Source of the DNA: Marsupella aquatica | Taxonomy: Eukaryota > Plantae > Marchantiophyta | Direction: 5' to 3' | Length of the DNA stretch: 64,000 nucleotides | Assembly (NCBI GenBank): GCA_973895155.1 | Contig: OZ316895.1 | Span: forward strand, 8,544,184 to 8,608,183 | Shown here: one piece after another, positions 1 to 11,847 of the stretch | Position numbering within the stretch: the first letter of the stretch is position 1 | How the letters are laid out: each line of letters begins with the position of its first letter | Made by a program: the position numbers and the translations under genes | Notes under the pieces: model-generated | Seen by the model: the letters and a program-made list of their open reading frames with translations, nothing else | Databases searched by the model: none | What the model was told of the DNA's origin: nothing

Positions 1-1299
1 TGCACTTATCTACGCTCAAGTATCAACAGCAGGAGATAATGGTGAGGAAGTATTGTTTAGGACAGAATGTACAGACATGGAATTTTTTTGGGATGAACCA
101 GGTGATGCTTACGAGACTAATATATTTCCAGTGAGGCACATCCTCCATCAATTCATGTCTCATCCCACTCATAAAACCAACAGGCAAGAAAGTGAGTGTG
201 GCATTTGAGTTTGATGACATTACTCCTCGTACTCATCTGCTGATTCCTGGACGACCTGGGTGTTGTCCTCCTTGGCCAATGTGCAATGACGTTGTCATTG
301 TTTCATTATCCCCTAGGGAGAAAAATGCACCTTTGCATTTAGCATCAATCACTTCAGTTGACTATGGTGATCTAGATGGCGTTGACAAAAATGAGATTCA
401 CAATTGTGATAGAACACTGGAAGTTGCTTGGTTAGTACTTGATCATTCAACTGACCATGCTGAAATATTCAAGGTGAACTCCATCAATATATCGGGTCTT
501 TACTTTGCTGTGGAAAAACATTTTGACACTGGTGGATCCTTCTTTATTTGAGAAACGACACTTGAAAAGTTCCATCACACAGAGTTGGATTGCATCACAT
601 GATTGGACAAGAGGCTTGTATTAATTTGACACGTTCCAGGATTCAAGGTCCACCTGTACAGGAAGATCCATATGACAAATATCAATATCTGATAAAAGAC
701 TATCGGTAATTAATCAGTACATTTCTTTGATGTTGAAATCTCTGCCCCTCTCGGGATCTCTGCCATATTTGGGCCTCTCCTTTGTAAGCTATTCTCGCCT
801 GAGGTTACTAGGATCAAGCACTTATATTTGGCAGTTTTTTAGTTTTTGTGCATTGTGGCTGATATATATAGTGGTCTTGGGTTAGACACAGGTGATACTA
901 GGTGATGATACAAATAGGTGCTGCACCCTAATCTCAGTACATATATGTCCGTTTATATCTAAGTTTGAATTGATTGGGGAGCTTCGTTTGTTTGGTTTGC
1001 TAGTACACAGAAGCTCTTATAGTGTTCACGAGAGTGTTTCGATCTGGAGAGTGTTAGCTACTTACGAATATAAGTACGGGTTAATTGATTCAAGCCGGAA
1101 TGGCACTCTCTTCATGTGGACCCGATTGATGTATTAGAGTATTTTGTGCCTACAATTAATTGATCCAAGCCACGATGGCACCTCGTTGAATTGGATCCCA
1201 TTGATCTAGCTAGCTAGGAAGTGCTTCGATCGGTGTACACGTACTGTCTAACTAATGCAGATCGACGACAGGCAGGGACGGATATCTAGATGCGCTTGG

Positions 1300-1563
1300 G
1301 CTAAGGTGTAAAGTTGATGGATCAAACACATTTAATTTCACACTTAAGACTGTAGACATTCGAAGAGTGTAAATCACTTTAAGACTTAATTGCACTTGGA
1401 CTTTAGGTGTAAAGTCACTTTAGCAGTTCATTGCACTTGGACCTAGGTGTAAATTTATTCCCTAGAGCATTGCTAAGTGCAAAATATTTTTAACACCTCT
1501 AAAGGACACCTTTGAGTGCATTTTTCAGAGAACTTGGGTGTAAACCACGAAAGTTGCCCTGTG
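1300..1563. mobile_element. End of a probable DNA transposon interrupting the P450 pseudogene at the start of exon 4
   Basis: Homology to the intact P450 stops about 4 nt into exon 4 (minus strand cag|GCAC, then CACAGGGCAAC...). The adjacent sequence is an array of short repeats (GGTGTAAA, TTGCACTT, AAGTGCA) typical of subterminal repeats. The other end is not identified in the window. Confidence 0.4.
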
Positions 1564-3480
1564 GTGCCTGATGAAGACACAGCCAATCAATCAAATGAAG
1601 GTGTTGGGGACAACACAAATGCACAGATTTGTTCTCATCCAGAATTATCAATCTCCACTTGGCTTTTATTTCTAATACTATGGGAATGATTTGAGATTTG
1701 ACAAGTCTTCATTGTTGAAATCTATCTACTTGTATCTGACTAATTAGCCTTCAGTTCGAGGAGAAGTGTTCAAAAAGTCTAGGGAAAAAACTTCAAGTCC
1801 AAACTTGGCCTTCAGTTCTCGGAGCAGTGTTCAGTAGCCTCGGGCAAGATTCAATTTCAAGTCCAAACTCCTGGCTAGACATCCGACAGTTCGCGTACCT
1901 TCTTGCTGTTGCTATACGGCGTTCCTGGAAGATCCACTGGCAGCGCTGCTATTGCCTCAAAGGTCGTCTTAAAGTTTTTCAAATTCTTGCTTCCTTGTGG
2001 TGAGCTCGCAGTGTTCTTATCTCCAAATAGAATACAGTTGCTAGCGTCCCACGTAAGCTGTTAGTTGACATAAAGAATTCACACATCAGTACCACAGTTG
2101 ATTTTCAAGAATCTCGATTTTCAAGAATCTCAACAGAATATATAGATAGATTGATAGTTAGATATATAAAGAATGAAGAATTAATTTGAGAATCCCGCAG
2201 ACGAATCAATTTGAGCGAGAAGAGAAATGGCACAGAAGTACTAAGTAGTTGACGAAGAAAACGAAGCGTTGAAGAACAACGAAAATGAATTGAACTTAGT
2301 GATTAAAGAAAGAAGGTTCAGGATTGAAAACGAACGCCCCACCGTTTGCGTTGCATCACGTGCAACAACAGTCCCAGCGCGCACCCACGAGGCCGTGTGT
2401 TCGAGAATAACCTTCTCAAACATATGGACCTGATGCCCGAGACCTTCTGGACCAACAGATGTCAGGACCAACTTCCTGACAGACAGATGCGGTGAACCCT
2501 CCTGGAAAATAAACGTGGTTGGTCCGATAATTTGTTTGAAGCTTTCGGGGAATGCCCGTTGGAAGAGGTGGGAGCTGTTATGGATGAATTTGAGGAACTC
2601 CGGAGTTGTTGCACATATCGTTGGGTGTAGAAATATGTTTGTTTTAAACGTACTTCCATACCTGCAGTGATCAACTCACAACTTTCAGACATTGAGTTAA
2701 GCGCTGAAGATGTTCCAAATATCCCCACTTTGTGGTTCCTTTTGCAATTTGCGATTGATTGCTACCCCCAATGATCTGACATCAACCCGACTGTTAACCT
2801 TTTGGAAGCCCTGGCGCTTAGATGTTTCAGACTAGTCCAGTTAGATATGTCTGACTAATCTTTGAGCGAGGGACATCCATCTACCTACACAGGGACATTG
2901 CCCGCGAAAATTCTTCCCTTCACTTCCGCTAGTGAACTGGAAGCCTTTCTCCTGGCCGAGAGAGAGTCAGTGACAAGCCAGGAAGCAAGATGACATGCTA
3001 GAAAGCAAGATGCCGAAGGTATATAATCACTGCGGCAGGAATAATTGAGTTGGTTGTCGTTCCCTAATTATGTGCCCACGTACCTTTCCAGGCAAGAAGA
3101 GATCCATAATGATGGAACATCATCGAGCATGGGCCAAGCCAAAATCATTACTGAATTCATGAACAAGAGATTTACGAGCAGAAGCCAACTCAAGATCATG
3201 CCTGTTCAATTTATGAATAGAGATTACCTCTTCACGTGAGAATGAGCAATCCTTATGGGTCATACTTTAAGTCCAATAATTCTCCAACGATTGGCCAACC
3301 CAGCGAGCCTTTGGGCAGCACGGCATCGGGCCTTCGACATGAGTGCAGAGTGTATGATCGCTGCACCCATAACAGAATACCCCCGCCCAGCACCACAGCC
3401 AGAATTATCGATAATGTTGACAGCGGTGAGTTCCACATCTCTGTGTATCTCAAAAATGTGGACAGCACCGACTCCCCCAT
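1564..3480 (-). pseudogene. Truncated, frameshifted inverted paralog of the CYP85-clan P450 (exons 1-3 and the start of exon 4)
   Basis: Exon 1 starts at 3480 (MGESVLSTFLRY...LPKGSLGWPIVGE) and has a 1-nt deletion giving a TAA after YDP. Exon 2 at 2661-2343 (YGSTFKTNIFLHPT...) and exon 3 at 2057-1899 (LTWDASNCILF...) have the same lengths (319 and 159 nt) and splice sites as the + strand gene. The introns are also alignable. Confidence 0.9.
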
Positions 3481-3859
3481 CTCTGTGACTGTCCCAAGCT
3501 GGAGAACTTAGACTCGCCACAGGTGCTTGGACTAGGTGTTTGTTCAATCTTTAAATCCTTGGGAAATGAAATCTTTAAATGTGGGCGATTCTGTTACGGT
3601 CGTGTCTTTCTCTAAGTGCACACTCGCTCGATGAAGTAGTATCTCTAAAGTGTGCCCTCCGTGGAAGAAGCATTTGATGTGCACTTAAATCAGAGCTGTT
3701 CCTCAAGAGCTAAGGGGTTACCCGTATGAACCAAATTCCATTAGAAACAAAGAATTTTTTCCTGAAATTGTGGAGTAGACTGGCACTATAGAGGAAAAAA
3801 ATTAGTGGAACTTGGAGAAAGGGAGCAGTCTGACTTGGACACTTCCCCTGTATATTAAC

Positions 3860-5164
3860 TCCTATAATACAAGGTTGCGCCCATTTTTGCCCTGGTCGCC
3901 CTTTGAAATTGCAGGGCCATTTTGCGTGAGAAAAGTAGAAACTGTAGAAGAAGGAAAAAAATGTCAGAAAAAAGACAGCATCCCGGACGCAGTGACCACC
4001 CTGCGTTGCCGTGCCGCCACGCACCCCCCGTCCTGCGCGGGGTCCTGCAGCTTGCCAAAGCCCTCCCTCTCCTGGCGCCTGGACCCCCTCCCTCCCCTGC
4101 CCTTGGGCGAGACCCTTGCCACTGACCCTAAACAAAGGGCCGGCTGACGCATGACCCTCGCCGTGGCTCAACCCTGCCCCAGCCCAACTCTTGAGTCGAC
4201 GACAGCCGTGCCCTGACTCAACACTCGCCCTCACCACGCCTGGACCCAATTGCGTGAGGCTGACTCCTGCCTCGGGCGCCGATCCTTGCCTCTCTCAACT
4301 CTGGCGCCTCCTGCGCCTCCTCGCCTCCCTCGATGACTCCCGCACCTCCTCAGCTTCCCCCACACCTCCCTCGATGACTCCCTCCTCCACGCCCGACTCC
4401 CTGCCATGCAGCCATGCCCCTCCGAGCCTGACTTGACCTCCACACCCTTGACTCCCACACCTGGACACCCTCTAGCTGCAATGCACGTCAATGGAGTCCG
4501 CGCTTGGACTGGACCCCGCCACGTCGACGCTTGTCGTGTGGACACATATCCATACACAATTCACATCATGGCACACCATGTAAACAAGAAAAAGATAATC
4601 ACACAACACACAATTCATGTACGTCAAAATCCATATCTTGCAAAACGGAACCTTGCCACAAGGTATCACTAAATCGAGTCAAACTCACCCACTAGCCATA
4701 CAGGACTCTAAGTCTATACACATTGCAGAACCCTACTAATGTCGCTCTACATGCCAACCGGTATACACTCTCTCACCATAGCCACACACGCACGATCGAG
4801 CTCTACTAGACAGTGCCAGAAGGCTAAACTTGGAAGAATGAGGAGCTACTGAGCCAAGGTATACCCCCATGGCACAAAGGGCATGGTAACCTGGGTGAAC
4901 AAGTCATCCCTACCAGGTGACTTGCTATACCAGGTCACCCTTCCAAACTCACAACACAACATGTGCAACCAATGAAATTGCAACCCAAATGCAACATGGA
5001 GTGACAATTGTCGTGCAGACACATATCCATACACAACTCACATCACGGCACACCATGTAAACAAGAAAAAGATAATCACACGATACATGCACAACTCATG
5101 TATGCCAAAATCCATATATATCCACCCCCCTAACGGGTGGTTAGGTCCCGCTAACTACAGCTAG
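3860..5164 (+). mobile_element. Possible non-autonomous Helitron-like element
   Basis: Starts TCCTATAATACAAGGTTGC, and related sequence recurs inverted at ~50200-50280 and ~50545-50585. Ends with a CCACCC..GGGTGG hairpin (5122-5140) followed by CTAG. Contains an internal ~105-bp direct repeat. Confidence 0.4.
4531..5116 (+). repeat. ~105-bp direct repeat pair (4531-4636 and 5008-5116)
   Basis: TTGTCGTG..GACACATATCCATACACAA.TCACATCA.GGCACACCATGTAAACAAGAAAAAGATAATCACAC is present twice. Confidence 0.9.
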
Positions 5165-5309
5165 CCCTAAAACTAAAGGAAGTATACACCGTTGTAATTG
5201 GTGCACAGATCAAGAGGCTAGGTACAAAGGAGCCTAACCACCCTTGTTAATCGTCTGCCTGCAATCCATACTACCTAATAAGTTTTATGCTAACTAAATC
5301 CAATCTTTA

Positions 5310-5720
5310 ATATCTACAATTGGGACACAACCACTATCCCCCAAGGACTGAATCAAGAGGTGGCGTCAAACACGCCAAGTGCCAACCTCTTGAGCAACCA
5401 TCACAAATCAACATGGTTGCATCTCCTCGGGTAGATCCACACAACATACACCGTAAGCCTGCAGGTACCATTGCTAAACTAGGATCTATGCTATCATCAA
5501 TGTTTGGAAGGTGACAAGGTGCATAGTTGCGCACATGATCCTTCCAAACCATACCATCAAGACTTTCTAAAACCAGGATGCCTGATAGCAAACCCTTCTG
5601 CATTCGCAGAATAGTATGTCTGACAATAACATCCAAAGTAATAGGTGTTGTCTGTTGCAAATAGTCTCCCAAATGAAATCGCCTAATGCTAGGGCAATAC
5701 GGGGGGCAATATTCATAGCA
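5310..5720 (-). mobile_element. Ty3/Gypsy integrase C-terminal remnant with a PHD finger
   Basis: CMLC...MLICDGCSRGWHLACLTPPL...*WLCPNC forms a C4HC3 PHD with one in-frame TAG. It is preceded by GDY...ILR...SGILVLE..DG..W.DH..N.APCHLP.ID..IDP, which I recognise from PHD-bearing Ty3 elements of algae and non-seed plants. Confidence 0.7.
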
Positions 5721-6921
5721 GTTAAAGAGTTATTTCTTTTACGGTCCCGTTTTCACCCATTTCTTTGTTTATTTGAAATGTTATTTTTCAGTTTTCAATT
5801 TTTTTTATAGTTACAAGGTCTAACACTTTTTCTTGGACTTGTTTCAAATACACATAGTCTTGTTTGGTGCTTTTTGCATAACAACCCGTGCTTGTTTATG
5901 ACCAATAGTGTTGATGTGACTACACTTGCTTCCATGGATTTTGGAAGGTACTTCCCATGAGGGTATGTAACTATTTTTCACCTCTACTTGTTTTGATTCT
6001 CTTTCTTTTTTCTTCACATTTCAACACAAGTTACCCAGATTTCAAAGAAGTTCAGATTTTACAAAGAGGCAAGTAGAGGAGAAATCTAAAACCCCCCTTG
6101 CACTAAGTAGACCTATCCACAAAGGTGCTGAACTGTTTTTGTGCAAGCTGTAGGAAATGGTTTAATTGAATATAGAATCTGTCCACAAACTTGCTTAATT
6201 AAACTACAGCTACCCATATAACTGCGAACTGCCCAATACTTCTCTCTTTTTCCTTTTTTTTTTTCCTTGAACTTCTCGGGTTTTCCAGGTTCCACTCATT
6301 TTTTTACTCTAAAGTGCTAGTTTACTCCACAATTTCAGGAAAAAACTTCTTGGTTTCTAATGAAGTTTGGTTCCTATGGGTTAGCTGTAGCTCTTGAAGG
6401 AGCAGCTCTGATTGAAGTGCACATCAAATGCTTCTTCCAACGAATGTGCACTTAGAGAGCTACTACTTCGTATAGGGAGTGTGCTCTTAGAGAGAGAGAA
6501 GACTGTAACAGAATCGCCCACATGAAATCAATTATGCACAAACTGGTGACCAACAAACGAGGTTTGACGGGATCAAACAACATCATGCCCATTTCAATTG
6601 TTGCGCTGGATAATAGGTAGGCAATGACCGGTGCAATTATGCGACAGCAAGCAGATAAATCAAATGCATATGTGGAAGGGTAGGTGACCAACGAAAAACG
6701 GGGTTCGCTAATGTGTTAGCTCCTTCAATTCGTCTTCTTCTTCTGTGTGACACCAGAGAGCTCTGGCTCCTGCACTGAAGACTTCGGTGGGGAGAAACAT
6801 CTGAAAACTACATAATTGTCTCACATCTGATGTAGGATACACGAAAGTTTCTTTCCCAAGGATTGAAAGATTTAATACCACCTAGTACGTCTAAGTTCTC
6901 CAGCTTGAGACAGTCACATAG

Positions 6922-9900
6922 ATGGGGGAGTCGGTGCTGTCCATATTTTCGAGATACGCAGAGTTGGGGGACCCAGGGCTGTCAACATTATCGATAATTC
7001 TGGCCGTGGTGCTGGGCGGGGGTATTCTGTTGTGGGCGAAGCGATCATACACTCTGTACTCATGTCGAAGGCCCGATGCCGTGCTGCCGAAAGGCACGCT
7101 GGGCTGGCCTATCGTTGGAGAATCATTTGACCTGACCCGTGACCCATTGAAATTTGCTCATTCTCACGTCAGGAGGTAATCTTTGTTCATGAACTGAACA
7201 GGCATGATCTTGAGTTGGCTTCTACTGGCAAATCTCTTGTTCATGAACTCAGTCATGATTTTGGCTTGGCGCCTGCTCGACGATGTTGCAACTCCATTAT
7301 TCCTGCACTGATTATATACCTTCGGCATCTTGCTGTCTAGCGTGTCATATTGCTTTCTGGCTTGTCACTGACTCACTGTCGGCTAGGAGAAAGGCTTCCA
7401 GTTCACTAGCGAAAGTGAAGGAAAGAATTTTGGCGGGCAACGTCCCTGTGTAGGTAGTTGCATGCCCCGCGTTCAAAGACTAGTCTGAAATATCTAACTG
7501 GACTAGTCTAAAATATCGCGCCAAGGCTTCGAATGGTTAAGAGCTCGAGTTGATGTCAGACCATTTGGGGCAGCTACTCAATTGCAAATTGCAAAAGGAA
7601 CCACAAAGTGCGGATGTTTGGGACATCTTTAGCGCTGAACTCAATGTCTGAAAGTTGTGAGTTGATCAATGCAGATATGGAAATACGTTTAAAACGAGCG
7701 TATTTCTACACCCAACAATATGTGGAACAACTCCGGAGTTCCTCAAATTCGTCAATGGCAACCCCCACCTCTTCCGACGGGCATTCCCCGCAAGCTTCAA
7801 ACAAGTTCTCGGACCCACCACGTTTATGTTCCAGGAGGGTCCACCGCATCTGTCTGTCAGGAAGTTGGTCGTGAAAGCTGTTGGTCCAGAAGGTAACCGG
7901 AATCAGGTCCATGGTTTTGAGAAGATTATTCTCGAACACATGGCCTCGTGGGTGCGCGCTGGGACTGTTATTGGACGTGAAGCAGTGCAAAAAGTGGGCC
8001 ATTTTTTTCAATCCTAAACCTTCTTTCTTTAATCACTCAGTTCAATTCATTTTCGTTGTTCTTCAGCGTGTCTTTTTCTTCGAGTACTTAGTACTTCTGT
8101 GCGATTTCTTCTCGTTCAATTCGTTTGCAGTAGTCTCAATTAATTCTTCCGTCATTATGTACTGTATGCTCTTGAGATTCCTAAAAATCAACTTTGTCTG
8201 AATTGTTTATGTCAAGTGGCAGCTTACGTGGGACGCTAGCAACTGTGTTCTATTTGGAGATAAGAACACTTCTAGCTCACCACAAGGAAGGGAGAATATG
8301 CAAAACTATAAGATGGCCTTTGCGGGAGTAACAGCGATGCCAGTGGATCTTCCAGGAACGCAGTTTAACAAATGCATGAAGGTACGCAATCTGTCGGATG
8401 TTTGGCCAGCAGTTTGGACTTGAAATTGAATCTTGCCGAGGCTATTGAACACTACTCAGAGAACTGACAGAAGGCCAAGTTTGGACGATGAGATCGTGCC
8501 CTAGCTAGGCTCTTTCATCGAACACTGCTCCTCGAACTGAAGGCTAGTCAGATACAGGTAGATAGAGATGAACAATGACGACTTGTCGAATCTTAAATCA
8601 TTCCAAGAGTATCAGATCGAAAGCGAGGTCGAGAATGATAAATCATTTTGGATGACAACATTCCTTTCGTATCAGAAAGCGAGGTCGGTGGATAGATTTC
8701 AACAAGCTAGGCAGGCTTGTCGAAGCTGAAATCATTCCAATTGTATAAAAAAGAAAGGTCGAGAATGATAATTAACTTCGATGAGAACACATGAACATTT
8801 GTGTTTTCCTGAATACCTTCATATGATTGGCTGTTGTCTGTCAGGCACGGGCAAATTTGATCGCATACTTCAAAAGTCTGATTGAGCCGATGACGAAGGG
8901 CCAAATGACTTCCGAGGGCGTTTTCTTCGCAGCTCTATTGGCAGCTCGGAATGATCCTGAAGGGCTGGAAGAGCTGAAAAATCTCGATGATGTCAAGCTT
9001 GCCGAGAACATGCTCTTACTAAACGCCGCTGCTTATGACACTACCTCGACGACTCTTATATGGGTCCTTAAGTATCTGATTGACTATCCAGAGGTCTTTC
9101 GCCGTTGCCAGGTATGGACATGCTTTGCTTCTCGGTTTCAATCCGGCATGGTCTTTCGGATATATTGAGGTCTCGAGTTTGAATTGGCAGTAGAATTTTG
9201 AACGTGATAGGTGGTAGTTTGTCGAAATTATGCCAGCACACAGCATTCCATATCACCAGATTGGTCGTTAACGAATTAAATCTATGTCACCTTTAACAGA
9301 CAGCCCAGTCTCCCGTCGAGGAATGTCGTTCTCAGTTTTTATCTGGTCCATCCTTCCCAGATCTTCTACTCTACTAACCCTCATACCATGTGAGCAGGCT
9401 GAGCAGCAAGAAATTCTCAAAACCAAAGACCTTTCCGTCGAAGGACCCAGGCTTACTTGGGACGATACGAAGAAAATGGTTTATACTCATAAGGTATTAT
9501 GCTTGATTATCCCTGGACATCCACAGAAAGTGCATTCCCAAGTGGATTTCAACTATAATGCACGCTAGTTTAATATGAAGTTATAAACGAAGTGGATTGA
9601 AATTATAATGGACACTAGTCGAATATGAAGTTGTTTAGAGACCGGCTCCATCCTTGCGGATACTCCAACCTGTTAAAATATAATTAATTGATGAAAATTC
9701 TGGAGTGTTCAAGCGATTGAAGTGAAATATAATTAGTTCACGAGAATTCTAGAAAGTTCAAGCGATTCGCAGACCTAATTCTTCTGATTACCGGATGCAG
9801 TTCTTTAGCGAAGTTCAGAGAAGCATTACAATCCTCCCTGTTTCTTTGAAAGAGGCAACCGAAGACGTTACGTTTGAAGGTGAGTGATCTGAGTTGCCAG

Positions 9901-11260
9901 AGTGTTCAATTATCGTGCAATCCTACCATTGCAACAGCTACGGGTGTTGAACGTTCTTGAATGGGATTGCTAATGAATAGAGTTTGAATTCCCACGCATT
10001 CAGCCAGCAAAATCTGTCAGCTTCACAGTGTGCATAATTTGGTTCGGATTCGATGTAGGTACAGTACGTTCATTCAGAGTTATCTAGCTCTATTAAGGGT
10101 CTCTGCCAGCACAAACTTCTCAAGACATATAAGCTGATTCTTCGAAGAAAACATGTCGTAGCTCTATGAACGAGTCCTGAAATTATGCGTTCGAGAAGAA
10201 ACTCGTGCCACGTTCACATATGAAGGTCATAAATGTCTACCGATCATGCAGGTCATCTAATACCAAAGGACTGGAGAGTGATTGCGTTGACCAATTACAT
10301 TCACACGGATCCTGCCAATTATCCCGACCTTAATTTCAACCCCGATCGATTCGATGTGAGTAGTGTACTATCTTCCTCCTCACTCAGGTTTTGAATCAAA
10401 GATTTTATGTTCTGAGAACTAATAGAACACAATTGTTTTCCTCAATGAGTTAGTGCGCCTGACCTGACTCTCACTCGGTATAATTTACCTCTTTCGATTG
10501 CCTGGGCAAACTTCTGCAGGTGTCCCCGAAACCATACACCTACATTCCATTCAGTACTGGGCCTCACATGTGTCCGGGGATGGACATGGCCAAGCTGATG
10601 GTCTGCATCTTCGTTCATCATCTCACTACGACTTACACGTAAGTACACATTGATATACCTGATCTTAATTTGACAGAGCACGGTAAGGCTAGTCCGTGTC
10701 TTTCCCTTTGAAATGCAGCCTCCTATCCAGCCCAGTCTGAAGGGGACAGACTTGCAGAGTGACATCTAGAACTTGAGGCTGATTAATTTGTATCCACCCA
10801 AGTCCTAAAACCTTTCTTGTGACTTTAGTTTATATTTTGATTAAAGGTTATGGGACAGAATCCCCTGACCAACCTGGCTCCGGATTGAAATCTTGGTGTT
10901 CCTGCCAGGATGTAATCCCCAGCATATGTTTTTCAATGTTTACTTGTCGGCTTCCTCTAGGGGCCATGGCCTGTAACCCCTTGTGTATTTAGCCCATGTT
11001 AAGCCCCCCTAAAGGAACCACCTAGCTCAGGATGAGACTGTACATTCAACACGTCTGTCATTTCAATGATGTGAAAGACCCCTACATCTCACTACCCCAA
11101 TTATAAATTGACTCCACCGTTCCGATTTTGACTTGCATGATTCTTTTGTTGTTTATGCAGGTATGAGAGAGTTGGACCTGATCAGGGTATGATGTATGAT
11201 GCCTTTTTCCCCAAGCCAATAGGGGGATATCCCATCAAAGTGAGTCCTAGGACAGGGTAA
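6922..11260 (+). CDS. Cytochrome P450, CYP85 clan, 9 exons, ~498 aa
   Basis: Exons 6922-7175, 7675-7993, 8223-8381, 8845-9111, 9398-9493, 9801-9879, 10252-10355, 10520-10638 and 11161-11260 total 1497 nt in one open frame, all GT-AG. Motifs: N-terminal TM anchor, LPKGTLGWPIVGE, I-helix AAAYDTT, EVQR (ExxR), PDRF and heme FSTGPHMCPG. Confidence 0.95.
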
Positions 11261-11550
11261 CTTGAATGTTTCGCCTGGTATGATAGCGCAGAAGCCTCTT
11301 ATAATTACATGCCCCACAAAAGTTCGGTGAGCATGTGGTTGGTTGAGCATATGGCTGGTTGAGCATATATGGGTTGACGTACGTATGATTCCAAAACAAA
11401 AAGATTCTGAGCCAGTTAAGCCATGCTTGACTTCTCGTCGAACCAGCAAGTGGATGAAATGGATGCCAACTATTGTGCCCATGCCAAAGGCAAAGCGTTA
11501 CAAAGCTATAGTGACATATTATTACATATATGTTTAAATGATGATATGAT

Positions 11551-11847
11551 CTCGGGGGTTTCACTTCCACAAAAATGGCATATCACGTGCGACGAAGGAT
11601 AGGGTCATTTTATTGGTTGTAAGGGAAGACTTAAAAAATTTTGTAGAAGAACAATAGGGTCTTTTAAATTCAATTTTGAGACTTATAAGAACATTAGGGC
11701 CTTTTTAGTCCATTTTTTGGAATATTCCAAGAATATTCCAACTTTATAGGGGTTAAAAAATAATAATTTTTTCTTACATTTTAGGGGGTCCGAGGCCTAA
11801 AAACGTCGCAGGTGATGGGTAGGTCCCCATATAGTGAGACCCCTGAG
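11551..11847. mobile_element. 297-bp MITE with an 8-bp target-site duplication (hAT-like)
   Basis: TIRs CTCGGGGGTTTCACT and AGTGAGACCCCTGAG match at 13 of 15 positions. The element is flanked by GATATGAT at 11543-11550 and 11848-11855. Confidence 0.8.

Noticed and set aside
23-700. Short ORFs at the window start as a possible transposase
   Set aside because: No recognisable motif in any frame I read, so left unannotated.
3710-4700. Overlapping GC-rich ORFs of 60-179 aa
   Set aside because: Low-complexity repeat interior, with no domain signatures or splice support.
10846-10870. Alternative last exon for the P450
   Set aside because: It gives an early stop. The exon at 11161-11260 supplies the expected P.P.GG.PI C-terminus.
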